From positions 2,542,001 through 2,606,000 of the forward strand of contig CDLV01000006.1 in NCBI GenBank assembly GCA_001244265.2: 64,000 nt of DNA, given 5' to 3'. The stretch is from Microbotryum violaceum (Eukaryota). The notes below the pieces were generated by a model. The model was not told where the DNA came from, made no database searches, and saw nothing but the letters and a program-made list of their open reading frames with translations. This document shows, piece after piece, positions 13,801-28,337 of this stretch; the stretch's first letter is position 1, and each line of letters starts with the position of its first letter. Made by a program: the position numbers and the translations under genes.

Positions 13801-14502
13801 CGCGAAGAGGAGGAGCGCGAAGCCGCCGAGAAGGCCGCCATCGAGGCCCGCCAACGCCAAATGGAGGAGGAGGCCGAAGCCGCTCGTGCTGCCGCCCTCG
13901 CTGAACGAAAAGCCGAAAGAGACAAGGATCTTGAGACCGTTCGCCTGCGACAGCAACGCGAGGAGGAAGCCTTGGCCCGTCGTCAGAATCGCCAGCCCTC
14001 GGGGCCCCCTCCTGTTGGATCTGCCGAATGGAAGGCAGCGCGCGCACCCCCACCCGTCCCCGTCGTCGCTGCCTCGTCCGGTGCTCCCTCGGAGCGACCC
14101 CGCCTCAACCTTGCACCTCGTACCGCTCCTGTCCCCGCCGCCAACGGTGGTGCTACGCCCCCCGTTGCTGCTGCCGCGTCGTCTCCCGTTGTCGATCGTC
14201 CCAGTGGACCCCCTCGTCTCGTCGGCGTCGGTGGAGACAAGCCCTCGTGGCGCGAGCGTGAAGCTGCCCGAGCAGCCAGTGGTGGAGCCCCGACCGGACC
14301 CCCTACCTCGGCAACTCCCCCACCGCAAGAACAAGCCGCCTCAGGCCCTCCTCAAGTCGGTGGTGGTAAATGGACTCGACGTGCAACTGGAGAAGCACCC
14401 GCCGAGGGTGCTGCACGACAGTCGTCGGGCTCGTACCGCCCTCCTGCCGCGAGGACCGACGCGCCCAAAGATGAGCTCCGAAAGTCTTCGGGTCGTTGGT
14501 AG
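10826..14502 (+). CDS. TIF32: Translation initiation factor 3 subunit A
   Basis: Exon 1 MSPFTRPELVIR; intron 10862-11186; TPESILLSTVS, PWLRFLWEAYR, EFRRLAETLRSHL, ELELWQEAFR, PCI region, charged coiled coil. Confidence 0.95.
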
Positions 14503-15472
14503 AGGGTGGTGATACCATGATTTGGAGTGAAGGAGCTGTGATTATCTTGTGAGGTGTAGAGTGATTGCAACGATCTGGGAGCTTGTTTTATCTGGAATCG
14601 CATGGCGTACACGGCATACTCGGCTGATGTTTCTGAAAGCGAAGAGCTTGCGGCGCCAATATGTACATGCCTGTCGGGTAAGAGCGGAGTTCATACCTCC
14701 AACTGGCCATCCAAAATTATGGAACTGGATCTGAATATTGGTCATCTCGGAGCATCTCGCCCCGCTTTGAAGCGAATTTGTCGAACCAACAAATCTGCTG
14801 TGTACCCGACAGGGACTGGTTGGGTCGTCAACTGCATGCAGTACCTGATCCTCGGAGCGTAATGAAGCCTCCACGGGGCTGCACTTTCGGCGAAGTTCAT
14901 GCAATCGTTCAGTGCGATTGCATTTTACATCACGGCGACAACGGTTGACGGCATCATCGGCCGACGTGAGAGTTTGATGGCTTTGAGCACTGGGCGGGGG
15001 TGCGAACAAAAGTGGCGAATTGATCAAACGCGCCTTCACACAGGACATCCAGATCACCCTCAAGTGCAACACTCACTCCAGGTCTTCCATTCCCGATCAC
15101 TTCTTGAGAAGCATAAAACCTTTTAATCTACTAGCGGCACTGCACTGGCCGGCGACGGGCCAAGAGGAACGATCGATCGCGCTCGCGCGCGAGTCAGGTC
15201 GCCGTTTCGCCGTCACGTAAATTGAAGCGGGCACCTTTGCGACTCGGCCGACGGCGTCGTGGTGACTTTCCCGACCCCGGAGTTACAGATGACGGTCACG
15301 CTGATCGGAGTGAGGGGTAATGAATCTTCGGGTTTGTTTCCGTTGATCGAATGCGGAGAAATGGTGTGGGATTGTCAATCTCAAGCCTCAACTCATCATC
15401 AAAACTCGCATCTGGGGTGGACGGACAGATTCTTCCAGCTCTTCGTCACCGCATCACTTCGCCGGAGCAAAG

Positions 15473-17855
15473 ATAATTCCCACATTACTCGCAACTCCCC
15501 TACTCTCAGCACTGGTGGCATCCTCACCATTGAAAGAACGTGCGCTCCCGCCCATCTTCCAAGTCCCGCAGACGGCATGGACCCAACTCAACGCGAGCGT
15601 TCAGGGCCGCCTAGCGCGAGGATCGCCAATGGCTCGGAGTTGCTTCCTTCAAGCTGGGTCCCAAGTGGCCGGGTCCTTTGACGCGAACCAGTGCGCCACC
15701 GTTCAGCAGAATTATGAGGAGGACATCTTCATTGTCCATCAATTTGGTGGATACGCTACTGTGAGGGACTTGCTGCACTTGACTTTTGGGAGTATTGCTC
15801 GCCGCACACCCGTCGGTGACCCCCTATTTCGACCCCGAGGCCGGTGGCGGCGCAGTCCTGCGGAGGTGGCGGGAGTGCTGAGAAGAAGAACAACACTTCG
15901 AAGTCTGACACACCACAATGCTTTTATGAGAGGATTGTGCTGACATCCTTCTGTTGCTCCTGACCTCGCAGGCAAACTGGGGAACCTGCCAAACGACCGG
16001 CGATCAATGCTTGCTCGACTATAACTTGCCGCAGAACCCTCTCGCCTACATTGCCAAGACCTGCCAGCAAGGCTCCGTACCCCCTTAATATGTCGACGTT
16101 TAAAAGCCCACCGACGTGACAGCCGTCATCGCCTTTGCCAAGAAGTGCGGTGTTCCACTCGTCGTCAAGAACTCGGATCATGACTGTGAGTGCGGGGCCA
16201 GTGCAGTGCACTGTTACTTTGTCCCGGCTAGGCGAACAACTGTTGACACCCTCGCTCATACTTTTAGAATGTTTCCAGACAAGGGTCGGTCTTCCGGTCC
16301 CAACTCCCTTGGCTTGTGGACCCACAACATCCAGTACACCACGAGGACCAAGAAGTTTATACCCGCCGGCTGCCCCACGAACACCCCCACCAAAGATGGA
16401 GTCACCTTCGGTGCCGGTGTGCCTTTCTACAAGCTCTACCAATTTGCCGAAGACAACAACATCACCATCCTCGGTGGATCAGCCCGCACGGTCGGGCCCT
16501 CCGGTGGCTGGATCCAAGGTGGCGGACACGGCGCTCTGTCGAACCAGCTCGGCCTCGGTGTCGATCGCACTCTTCAGTTCAAGATTGTGATGCCTAACGG
16601 AACGTACGTGACTGCGAACAAGTGCCAGAACACCGAGTTGTTCTGGGCCATCCGGGGTGGTGGCGGATCGACGTTCGGTGTTATCATAGAGTCGACGACG
16701 ACCGCTGCACCTCAGGTCGCTGTTCAGGTCGCTTATGTCAAGTTCGTCGACACGGATCCCAACTCGGCGCGTAACTTCATCGCCATGTGCGTTGAGAACG
16801 CCATCAAGTGGGCTGCCGATGGGTGGGGAGAAGTGAGTCGGCTCGCTAACCTAGAAGAATGGCATAGTATGAGCAATGGGGCTCACCCAATTCCGAACCT
16901 TCTGTAGTACATTCAACCCGGAGCGCTCAGCCAGCAAGGCAGCGGATTTGTCATGTTCTCGACCATCCTCAACAACGACCAGGCCAAGGCTTCGATGAAA
17001 GCCGCCACCGATTTCGCGTCCCAACTCGGCAACGTCGTGATCAACAATACGGTCGTCCAACGACCTTCCTTTTGACAAGCATACCAGGCTTTCTTGCTCC
17101 CCAACGACGAACTCGTCAACGTCCCCGCCGCGCTGGGCTCGCGTCTAATTCCCAAGACCAACTTCCAAACCGCAGCGAGTCAAGCCCAGCTCCTCGATGC
17201 GATGATGAAGGGGTCAGCGATCGTTTGCTCCAACACGATCGGCACCAACTCGGGCAATGCCGGTACCCTCGTTTATGGTGGAGCACCTTTCCAGATCCTC
17301 GTAACGAACCCCGTCAACTATCCCAACCCTCCTGATTCGGCTGTCAGACCTGCTTGGCGTAACACCCTTTGGCATGCCATGTGTTGTATGCTCCTACTTG
17401 TGAGTACAGTCTTTCATTGGGCACCGAGCCGAAACATCACGTTGCAGGTACTGACCCCGTTCATATTCTACTCTTCACAGGGAACTACGATGGTCAGCCG
17501 GCGGTGCTCTCAGCGATCAAGGCGAATCAAGCTGCGCAGTTGTTGCGCGACATCAGCCCAGGGTCGGGTGCGTACCAAAACGAAGCGAGCATCACGGAAC
17601 CCGACCCGATCAACAGCTTCTGGGGTCAGACCAACTACAATCGTTTGCTCAAGTTCAAGAAATTGGTCGGTGTAAGTTTTTGCCTTATGGTTTTTTTTTC
17701 GGGGCGGAGAATTATCGGCAATGGGCTCAGGAGGTAATTTTTGACCCTTTTTTGGAAGGGTTTTCCCCTTTCAGCCATCGAACATCTTCACATGCTGGCA
17801 ATGCGTTGGTTACAACGCCAACGATCCTCCTTTCGGTTGCTATCCTAGGGCTTGA
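15473..17855 (+). pseudogene. Secreted FAD-linked oxidase (BBE-like/AA7, isoamyl alcohol oxidase-like) with in-frame stops
   Basis: Signal peptide, CQQGSVP, KNS(D)HD-YKGRS, GGWIQGGGHG, ELFWAIRGGGGSTFG, GAYQNEA, FWGQTNYNRL, CWQCVG. Likely start codon reads ATA (15473); TAA at 16086 and 16101; TGA at 17073. Confidence 0.82.
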
Positions 17856-18283
17856 GTTGTGAAGTAATCAGGCAAGCAGGGCAGCTTCATAAGACCGCTC
17901 AGCTGCCAGTGCGAAGTCACGAGTTTGGACATGTTATATAGGCCTGTACTACCCAGGTTATATTTTTTGGGAAGCATGACCAGGATAGTTGTTTTGGGCC
18001 ATTCTCTCGAACGAATAGAAGCACTGGTTTCGACAAAGAATGTAATACTGGCGGCTCGTGGAACGTGCACGACGCGGGCGAAGGGGGTGACGATGTGGGG
18101 TAGGCAGGGGCAGGCGCGTGCCTTTTGGGGCCCGCTGCCTATCATAGCTGTCAAGGCTCGACTGTACGTCGTCTTGGTTCTCTCTTTCGCAAGCTCCTCA
18201 AGTAGCTCCTCCCATCACCAAGGCCTCGTTCGACCTCGCGTCATCCACCCTTCCCAGCCACTCTGGGTAGAGAAGAGGGTACG

Positions 18284-21200
18284 ATGAGCTCGTTGCTCGT
18301 CCCCGACGATGATCGTCGCCAAATCCTTCACGAGGGCCGGCACGACGAGCGAGACACGACGTCGACGTCGAGCGCCGGTCATGTCGGTCAGCGCGAGCAA
18401 CGTCGTCCGCCTTCAATGACGTCCTTGTCGCCTTTCGGGGACGCTTCCGGGAGTTCGGATCGTGCTTCGTCGTTCATTGATGCGTACTTCGACGATACGA
18501 GGTCGTCGACCGATTTGGAGGAACCCTATCTTGTTGCGCAGGCTGCGAGCGCTCAACGAGGCGGTGCGAAGGCTAATCAGCCCTCACCGACGTCAGTCAG
18601 TCGGCCAACACTCGCAGTCGATCACACGGCAGCGACTCCGGCACAGCAACCGACAGCATCAACCTCGACTAGTATTCAGTCAGTTAGTACCAGTCTAGCA
18701 GAACATGACGCCAGCATGTCACGGTCCTCGTCGTCCGGCTCGAGCTCGGCAGCTTCCATCACGACTCCGATAAAGCGCGTGCAAGTGTCTGCCGCTCTAC
18801 CAACGTCAGACTCGAATTTGGATGCTATGCAGAGGGGATGGCATATGCACGTCTCACCCGTCGGTCCTCGGTTCAATAACCCTTTTGCTTCCGACTCTAC
18901 GGATCCATTCGACCCTTCCGAGTTGTTCAAGAACGCTACGCAGCCGCTCAACATTGCTCGGGTCCGAGCTGCAAACGGCAACTACCAGACCACGTCATCG
19001 ACTTCACTTGACAACTTGGACGAGACCAGGCCCTTTCGGTACGACTCGGACGAGGAAGGGAGACGGTCCCAAGTCAAGACGCCTTCTAAGAGACTTTCGG
19101 GGGCCGATGCAGAGGATCGGTGGCATGGGCTGGGTCTTGGCTCGGGAGTAGGGGACGATGAAGAAGTTGGATTGAGACCAGCATCCACGACGGTCGAGGG
19201 CAATGTCGCTGCTGCCGTCTCCGAAGGATCGCATGGACGACTTCATCCCAGGGGCAAGCGGAAAACAAAGTCTTCATTTCGCAATAGTTTCACCCAAGGC
19301 CTGCAACGAATGTCGGATCGTGTGGTCGGCTTCTCGGATGCTCAAGACGAGTTTATTGACGATTCCCATCGACAGCTAAGCGATAGGGATCATCGCCATC
19401 AAAAGTTGGGTAGTGAGGATGGGGAAGAAGATCCTACGGAGGAAGAGACGGAAGAGTCGAGGTATGAGACAGCGTTCAAGAAGCTTCGAGGAAAGAGTCT
19501 GGGACTGTTTGGGGAGTCACATTGGCTTCGGAGGGCGTGCGCAAAACTATTGGTGTCCAAGTGAGTTGCTACATCGGCCGTCCTAACTCCGAGCCTCGAC
19601 CGGCTGATACTCCATGGCATTGAAGATTCACAGAGCCGGTCATCTTCCTACTCATCCTCGCGTCTGTCGTCGTGTTGACCATTCAAACCGCGCCCGACGT
19701 GTACGCCCACCCTCGGCCACAAACGGGCTATTTCCACGATTGGACCGACTATGCGCTGCTCGCCATTTTCTGCGCATTCACTGCAGAGATGTTTGTGCGC
19801 ATCATCGTTACAGGTCTCATCGTCAATCCTCCAGCACCTGTCAGTTTCTCCGTCGTAATACCAACACCGACGTCCCCCGAGATCATGCGAAGCCAGGCCG
19901 TGACAACCGGTTCGAGTCGGCGGGACCGCTCACCGAGTCGAGATCCTTACGCGCCACTCCCAAGTCCATCTGGGAAGCGGGATAGCTCTTTGGTCCTTCA
20001 TGCGGTGCGACAGCTCAAGCATAGTCCCGTCTCGACTCGCGCTTCACGCTCGCCGAGATCTGCTTCGCCAATACAACGCCACTTTACCGTCCGACGACCG
20101 TCACACTCGCCTTCCACTGTCTCCGGGGACGCAAGATCTCTCGAACTACCACGCGATGCGTCTCTGCCGGTTCCGCCGAGGCCAGACGCTTCGCTCGATC
20201 TCGATGCCAAAGAGGTACCGTCGCCGCCGGAACAAGCCCACCCGACCCGAGCAGCCCATTCGTCGACAACCTCCACTCTGTTGTCTAGAGACTTCAAAGC
20301 ACCGTTCTCGGATTCTTTCAGACGACAGCGCGATATCATGTACTCGCGAGCGTACTTGCGCCACTCATGGAACCGTCTCGACGCCGTTGCCGTGCTTTCG
20401 TTTTGGATCGCGTTCGGTCTCTCAATAGGAGGCGTCAAGACGACCAACGGTGTCGAACTGTTTCGCGCGATGAGCGTATTGCGATCGATGCGACTCCTCG
20501 GCGTCACTACCGGAACTAGTACGATCCTGCACTCGCTGAAGCGGGCGTCACCTCAACTTGTCAAGGTCGGTTTCTTCGTCGCCTTTGCGATGATTCTATT
20601 ATCCATCGTCGGCATTCAAAGTTTCGGAGCCTCCTACGCCCGCCACTGCCGATGGATCGACCCCGCTGGCGTGTTGGAGTCGGTCGACTTCCCTGAACAA
20701 GCATGCGGTGGCTACTACAACATGACGACGGGTATCATTGAACGCGTGATCCTCTCGTCCGGTGCATTCAGTCCGGAGCAGCCGAAAGGCTTCACCTGCC
20801 CGCCGCCTAGCGTGTGCGTCATGGGTGAAAGTCCCGAAAACGGCGCCTTGAGTTTCGACAATATTTTCACGAGTCTGTACCAAATGGGCATCATCGCCTC
20901 GGCCAATACGTGGACGGGAGTGATGTACCGCATGGCCGACGCCGACGCGTTTCCCGCGACGATCTTCTTCATCGTCGGCTTGATTGTGCTTAACTACTGG
21001 CTTTGGAACTTGTTCGTCGCTGTCATCACTTCTACTTTTGCGGAAATTCGTGAAGAGTCGGAACAATCTGCATTCTCGGCGACCGCGGATCCGTCAGCCA
21101 AACCTGCGGCAAGTGGAGGAGTTCCCCACGTCCAGGGGGGCGGCCAAGTCAAGGGGTTCAATCGCTCTGCACGCTGGGTCGCTGTGGTCTACCGTAAGAC

Positions 21201-24200
21201 ATATCTTATATGGGTTTTTCTCGCACTCTTTTCGATCGTATGCCAAGCGGCCACGACATACGACATGCCACTCAATCGGAAGGTCGTCTTGGGTACGATC
21301 GAGCGCTACGTCACTCTCGCCTTTGGTGTCGAGATCGTGCTGCGCTTCTACGCGACGTTTCCTGATTGGCGATCCTTCTTCCACCATCTCGAAAATTTGA
21401 TTGATCTTGGACTCGCCATTGCTACGGCGATCATCCAAATCCCGGTGATCAGGACCTCCGAAGCGTATCCCTGGCTCACGGCATTTCAGATCGCGAGGTT
21501 CTACCGCGTCATCATGGCGATCCCACGGATGAATCGGTTGGTTGTGAGTATCTGTTTCTTTCACCTTTGGAGGGACCGCTTGCTGATTCCATGTCCGCCC
21601 GTTCTACCTTCAGCGTCGAGTGTTAGGGACCTTTACTGGTCTCTTGAACATGACCTTGTTCCTCTTGCTCATGACGGGCTTTGCTTCTCTGATCGCGAGC
21701 CAACTGTTCCGTGGTGTTCCCGACCCCGATGATAGCGACACGACACCCCTAATCTTTTCAACAAGCTACAACAGTTACTTGGCGGTATACCAGATCCTCA
21801 GTTCAGAAAATTGGTGAGCTTGGGCCCCTTCATCGCCGCCCGTTCGAAGCTAGCTTATCTCATGGCCCTGTTTCCTAGGACCGACGTGGCGAACAATGTC
21901 CTGTCGGCGCAGCAAAACATCTTTGCCACGGCCGTCACGGCCCTCTTCATGTCCTGCTGGATGTTCTTCGGCTTCTTCGTCCTCATCAATATGTTCATTG
22001 CCGTCATCAACGAGAACTTTTCGCTCCCCGAGGAAGAAAAACGCAAATTGCAGATCGAAGCGTTCGAGAAGAGATTGGATGTGCCGGTCACGCGTAAGAG
22101 GTGGTGGCATAGGTTTCATGTCTAGTGAGTTGGTTGTGTTCATCGCGATCGGGTTGCGCTTGCCGGTTTCTGACGACAACTTCGGCGACCGCAGCAAATT
22201 CGACGAGTCAGCACAGACCTCGCCAAAGGGTGCCTCCCTTCACGGAACCGCAGACGTGAGAGACTTTGCATCCGAGAATGGCGCGACACCAGACAAGAAG
22301 GTGAGAAGCGCTTCTACAGCGGCACTGCATGTTCCCTCGGCTGACCACTCTGCCAGGTACACACGCGCGGGCAATCACTCACTGAAACCCTGATGGGCTC
22401 CGCGAGGCGAGCGTTTGGAATGAACAGACACTCTGGGGCTTCGACTGACGCCCTTGCGATGGAGGACCTTCATCCCATGGATGACACGATTGTGTACCAG
22501 GGGTCAGTGAGAGTCAAAATTGATTTCACGCGTCTCATACTCTCGCTGACCGGTATCTTCATTCTTCAGGACTCTCTTTCGTTTGACCAGTCAAGCCGAG
22601 CGGGATGCCGAGGTCAGACGTGCACAGGCGCGGGAACGACGAGCCAGGCTCGCGTCGTACATCGGCGAGCATCCGAGCTACGACAAGTCCCTCTGGCTTC
22701 TGTCGCAGGACAATCCACTGCGACGGATGTGTCAGGCCCTGGTCGATCCAGCTCATGGCGAGGATCGTCTGTTCGGCCGCGCTCCGAGTCAGGTCCTTCG
22801 TTTCCTCTTTCAATGGCTTATCTTCATCACGATCGTCGGTTCGGTTGTTATTGCCGCGATCGCGACGCCCATCTATCGTCGAAATTATTACATCGAAGTC
22901 GGCGACGTGCGCTGGCCCTGGTTCGTGCTGGCCGAATGCACCCTCGGTTTCATTTTCGTCATTGAGTTTCTGGTCAAGGTCTTCGCCGATGGGTTCTTGT
23001 TCGGTCCCAACGCCTATCTTCGTTCGACCCACAACGATCTTGATTTCTTCGTTCTCATCACGCTACTCGTTAACATCGTCATTGCTTTGCTGGCTGGACC
23101 AGGGCTCAATCGATTCACGCGGTCGCTCAAGGCCTTTCGAGCACTGCGCTTGATCAACCTTTGGCCCAAGCTGCGCGAGACATTCTACAACGTTCTTATC
23201 GTTGGCTTCTCGCGCATCCTCGATGCCTCCTTGCTTGCGATTCTGTACCTCATCCCCTTCGCGGTGTGGGCGCAAAACATCTTTGGTGGTCTTCTCTTCT
23301 CGTGCAACGATTCGAGCGTCTTGTTCAAGGCGCAGTGTGGTGGCGAGTTCGCGTCCGCCGCGGTCTCGGATTGGAATTATTTGCAGGTGAGGCTTTCTCG
23401 AGCTTCAAAAAGGATTCTGAAATTTACGGTGCTGACTCTGGGGCTGAACTCAACAGCCCCGCGTGTGGGACAATCCGTCCGGCGACCCGTCGGTGTGGAA
23501 CTTCGATAACTTCAGCTCGTCGCTCTTGATCCTGTTTGAGATCATCTCTCTAGAAGGCTGGGTCGATGTCATGCTGAGCGTGATGCAGATCACGGGTCCG
23601 GATCGACAACCTCAGACCAACGCCTACCAATGGAGTGCCTTGTTCTTCGTCTTTTTCAACCTCGTCGGTGCTGTCGTTATTCTCACGCTTTTCGTGTCAA
23701 CCGTCATCGAGAACTTTGAGATTCGGAGTGGTACGGCACTCTTGACGACTGACCAAAAGCGATGGCTCAACCTAAGACGGTTGCTCGCGCGACAACGACC
23801 CTCAAAGCGACCCAAGCGAAGGCCAATCTCGGCCTTCCGAGGGTGGTGCTTCGATCGTGCAACGCAAAAGCACGGCTGGTGGTCAAGGTCGATGACCGCG
23901 CTGTACTGCGCCAATATCATCGTCCTGTGCACGCAAGCTACGACCAACACCGACGACGGCTTCGATGTGCGCAACTACATCTTTCTCGGCTTCACGCTCA
24001 TCTACGGCATCGACATATTTGTGCGCATGTTTGGGCTCGGGTGGTCGTCGTACATCATGAACGGATGGAATCAATACGATATCCTCGTCGTGGCTGGAAC
24101 TTTTGCGACGACGATCCCGATCATACTGTCGTCACAAAGTCAAGTCGCTCACCAATTGCAAAAGCTCTTCCTCGTGCTCGTCGCTTTCAAGCTCGTCCAA

Positions 24201-25648
24201 CGTAATAACAGCCTGAACCAACTCTTCAAAACCGCCGTCGCGAGTCTCAAGGCATTGCTCAACATCTTTGGTCTTTGGCTGGTTCTCTTCATCGTCTGGG
24301 CCATCTTTTACATCGAAATATTCGGTCTGACGAGATGGAACTTCAACGAGAAGCACAATGCCAACTATTCGACGTTCGCCAAGGCGCTCGTTCTACTCGC
24401 ACTTCAGTCAACGGGTGAAGGGTGGAATGCGTTCATGCATGATTACATGGTCGAGTGGCCCCGGTGTACGACTAGCATCAACTATCTCGATAGCGATTGT
24501 GGGAGCACGGCTTGGGCGCTCGTCTTGTTCATCTCTTGGAACGTACTCTCGATGTGTGAGTTCTCGTAGCAAGCATCCACGGCGAACAATCACCCCTGAT
24601 CGGCAATTTGACCCTACCTACAGATTTGATGGCGAACTTGATTCTCGGTACCGTGATTGAAAATTTCAGTCACGTCTACCAATCCTGGGGCAACGTCAAT
24701 TACCCGAACCGCGAAGAGATGCGCGGCTTCAAGAAAGCGTGGGGCGAGATCGACACCGAACGGACAGGTTTCATCCGTCGACGCGAGATCGTGCCCTTCC
24801 TTCGCAAACTCACAGGTATTTTTGAAGTACGCATCTACCGCGCCGAATGGACGATCCAGGTTCTTCGGAACGCAGCGAGTGTTTCATCGACAATGTCGCG
24901 CAGACCTTCGTTATCGGATCCGTTCTCGGCGACTTCGTCTGATTTCGGATTTCCTCGTTTGGAAAGGGATGCATCAACGATCGATGCGATGAGGTTGGCG
25001 CATGCGATCCGAGCCATTGATGGGAATGAAGTGCGCCAGAGGAGGTACCTATGGAACAGGTTGTACCACGAGGCAATGATCGAAGCGGAGAAGGACGATC
25101 GAGGGATCTCGTTCGGGAATATGCTCGAGTTGTTGGCGCATTATAGGATGATCGATGATGATACGGCTTTGCAGTGAGTTGCGAACGGGGTTGCATGGCG
25201 TTAGGTCTCAATTTCGTGCTGACTCACTTGGTCCTTATCCGAGCTCAGGGTCGATGAACTGCTTGACCGTCGTCAACAACAAGACCGAGTGATGGAAAGG
25301 GTCAATTCCGACGTCGTCCGCGGCGTTCTCCAACGTCTGACCTGGCGTCGTCGATTCCTAGCTCATCGAGCCGCCCAAAAATCAGGTGGTATTGTCCCTC
25401 CCAAGATTCGAGTTCAAGTACCTCCCACCGAACCACCTTCAACACCAATGGCTCAGACGAGACAGACCTTGACCATCAACACTACGAATTTAGCTACGAC
25501 TTCTTTGGACGAGCACGAATTGTCATCGGCTTCGAAGTGGTCCTCTACTGGGAGGGTGGGGGAGCCTAGTTCGAGGAGGAAGGGTTTGAGAAGGAGGGGA
25601 ACGTCGTCGGATGACGGATCGGCCGGGGGGTCAGAGAATGAGGAATAG
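18284..25648 (+). CDS. CCH1: Four-domain voltage-gated calcium channel
   Basis: Four 6-TM repeats with S4-like segments; pore loops ASANTW, SSENW, SLEGW, TGEGW (N-E-E-E); LRGKSLGLFG and RAYLRHSWNRLD motifs; C-terminal EF-like region. Confidence 0.95.
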
Positions 25649-26076
25649 GGGGCGGGACTTTGGTTATGTCTTGGTACAATTTTTATTTTTCATCTGTTGG
25701 CCATTTCTTCTTCTTCTTCCTCTTCTAGAGGTGTACATCGTCCTCCTCTGTGTGTGTGTGTGTTTTGAAGGAGGAATCCGTTCTCCCCGATCTTCCAGAT
25801 CTCCAGTGAATGAAAAGCAAGCGCGCAACCGCACACGTGCATAAAAAGGTTTGGCCATCATTGTTGTGGACTGGGAATAACATTGCGTCGTCGTTGAATA
25901 GCAACAAAAAAAGAAAAGAGGGAAGGAGAGAAGAAGGGAAAGGAACAGGGCACGAGGTTTCCCAGATTGAGTGATGGGGGGACGTAGGGGGGGTTGGGAG
26001 TTCGTCGAGTATTAACGAGATGAGGTGGGTAACGGGGAGGGGGGTCTCCTTCTTCGATGTTTGATGTGGATTGGTT

Positions 26077-27414
26077 CTATAGCCCTTCGTTTCGTTTTGT
26101 CGACGCCGCGGCGCGTCCCTTGAGCAAGAATCGGAAACCTTCGTATGATAGCCCTGTTTTGTACCATAAGAGATGGGAAGAAGATCATGAGCGAACAACT
26201 CCAAGCGAGATAAGAACAAAAAGTCTAATCACTCACAGCAAAGCGCATTACTCGGCATATTGGTTAATATCCTCGGTGAGATACCCCTCATGAACCCACT
26301 CGCGCCCTGTCTCTCCCAAATGATCTTGGCCGCATCGAGCATACCCCTCGCATTACGGATCGCGGCTTGGTCCGACGTCCCTCGTGTTTGGAGGAGCGTT
26401 TTACAGACGTCCAAGGGAGTCGTTACGGCTGCGGCGAGGGCACCGGCGATACCACCTGCTGTGACGTGCGTCCAGGGGGAGTAGTGGCCAGTTGGGTTTA
26501 ACCGATCTCTGCAAGGAGGAGAGGGAGCGAAAAAAGTATGGATCAGCTAAGCGCTTTGGCAACTCGAGACCGAGCTTGAACAGCGAAAAAAAAACGCACT
26601 TGATGAATTCATATGTCGAGAATTGTACGGCGGTGAAAGGGACCGTCATCATCAACGTGGTGGGGTAGGAGACGTAGAACGCGCTGAGGCCTTCGGCATG
26701 GTAGACGGATCGAAAGCATTCGCCGACGCCTCGGAAGGTCGAGCCGTGTATTTGCATCCTTTGCTTGACCACTGCAGAGATGAATGCAGGCTTCAGGCAT
26801 CCACAAAACAATCGCGAATCTGACTCCTTTCGACTGACCATCAAAGGGGTTCATGAGCGCATCCGAAGCGATCGTAGCTGTTGCTCCTGCTGAGGCTGCA
26901 ATTACAAGAGTAGACCCCAATCGTTAGTCGTGCTCGTTCCCACTCGAACTCAAAAACGTCCAGTGCTCACCTGTCGCAGCAAACGAGTAACCCCCCTGAT
27001 TCCCGCCTGCCAACTCTTTGGTGGATTCGTACGTGCCGAAATAGACGGCATGAGCAGGACCCGCACCCCAAATGACGGAAGCTACGCCTCTCCATAATCG
27101 TTTGGTGCCTTCGGTCGAGGCGATGCGGGTGAACGCGTCCGACATGCCCGTATACATCGCGCCGGGTGATGTGGTGAGAACTTGCATTCGGGTCTGTGAG
27201 CGGGGGGGGGGGGTGAAAGGGGGGGGAGAGAGAGAGGGTGGGTCAATTTCCCGAGTGGGGCGACGGGTGGTTGTCACAAAGTCACTTTGATGGAATCGAC
27301 GGGGTACATGACGGCATGTTCGGAGATACCGGCCATCGCGCCAGCCAACATGTTGATGGCGAGCGAGTCGTTGTTGAGTCCTTCGTAGTCGATCTCTTCT
27401 ACCATCGCGGCCAT
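26077..27414 (-). CDS. MRS3: Mitochondrial iron carrier (mitoferrin, Mrs3/Mrs4)
   Basis: EIDYEGL, AGAMAGISEHAVMYPVDSIKTRMQ, GAGPAHAVYFGTYE, SYPTTLMMTVPF, TTPLDVCKTLLQTRG. Confidence 0.9.
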
Positions 27415-28337
27415 GATTGCCAGGCGGAGGGGGAGCGAACGGAGGGGGATGTCTTGAGGGTACGATCCGGATCTAGTTGTGAATGTCGTGGATGTCGTGT
27501 TGGGTGAAGTGAGTGAACGAGCGTTGGCTGGCGAGACTGAATGCGCGCAATCCAATCAAAATTGCTGGCCGAGGCGCTCTGCTGCGTAGGCCGGTGGCAC
27601 TGGGGGCGGAGAGTTACACGACGGTCAGCATGAAAAGGAGAGCATGGTTCGACTGTATGTTCTGCTCGCTGCGATTTGCGGACGACGGGCGCACACGTTG
27701 CGAGCTCGATGTGTGTGTGATGGCCAGGTTCATCGTACGATCTTCTCTCTTCTCGTCGACCGAGACAGTGATATGTGAAGCAGCTCGATGCCCGTCCAGG
27801 ATCAAATCAACGAGCACAGCAAGGCGCAACCTGGAAAGCTCAACACTCGATGTGCTCGGTGGGGTAAGGCCCTCGTGTCGCAGCTCGGTCGTCACTCGGT
27901 CGTCATCTTGCCGTGGCTCTGCTCCGATCGTCCGGGCGCGAGCTCACCCCCAACTGGCGCTCAGCTGGCGATCACCCGCTCTGGCCCAAGCGAACGCACA
28001 CAAAGTGGAAGGCCGTCTCCTGTTGAAGCCTTGAAGATCCAACAACGATCGTCCCGTCTCGTCTTGGATGAGCGGTCGCGATTGACGACTCCGCGGAGGT
28101 TGGGTGTATGAGCAAAAGAAGCAAGCTTACTCTTGAGTGCTGATCAGATTTGATTTCTGTTTCGTTTCTGGAACCGACTTTATGGCCCATCGCCGTGACA
28201 AATTGCGCTCCCGTGCGAAGCATGACTAATATCCCCCGGAGCACGATCGGGATGCAGCAAGATAATGAAAGAGTCGCATGGCCCCAAAAAGATGACAGTC
28301 TATGCTCAAAAACCGGAAGCGATTACAAGTTCAGTGC

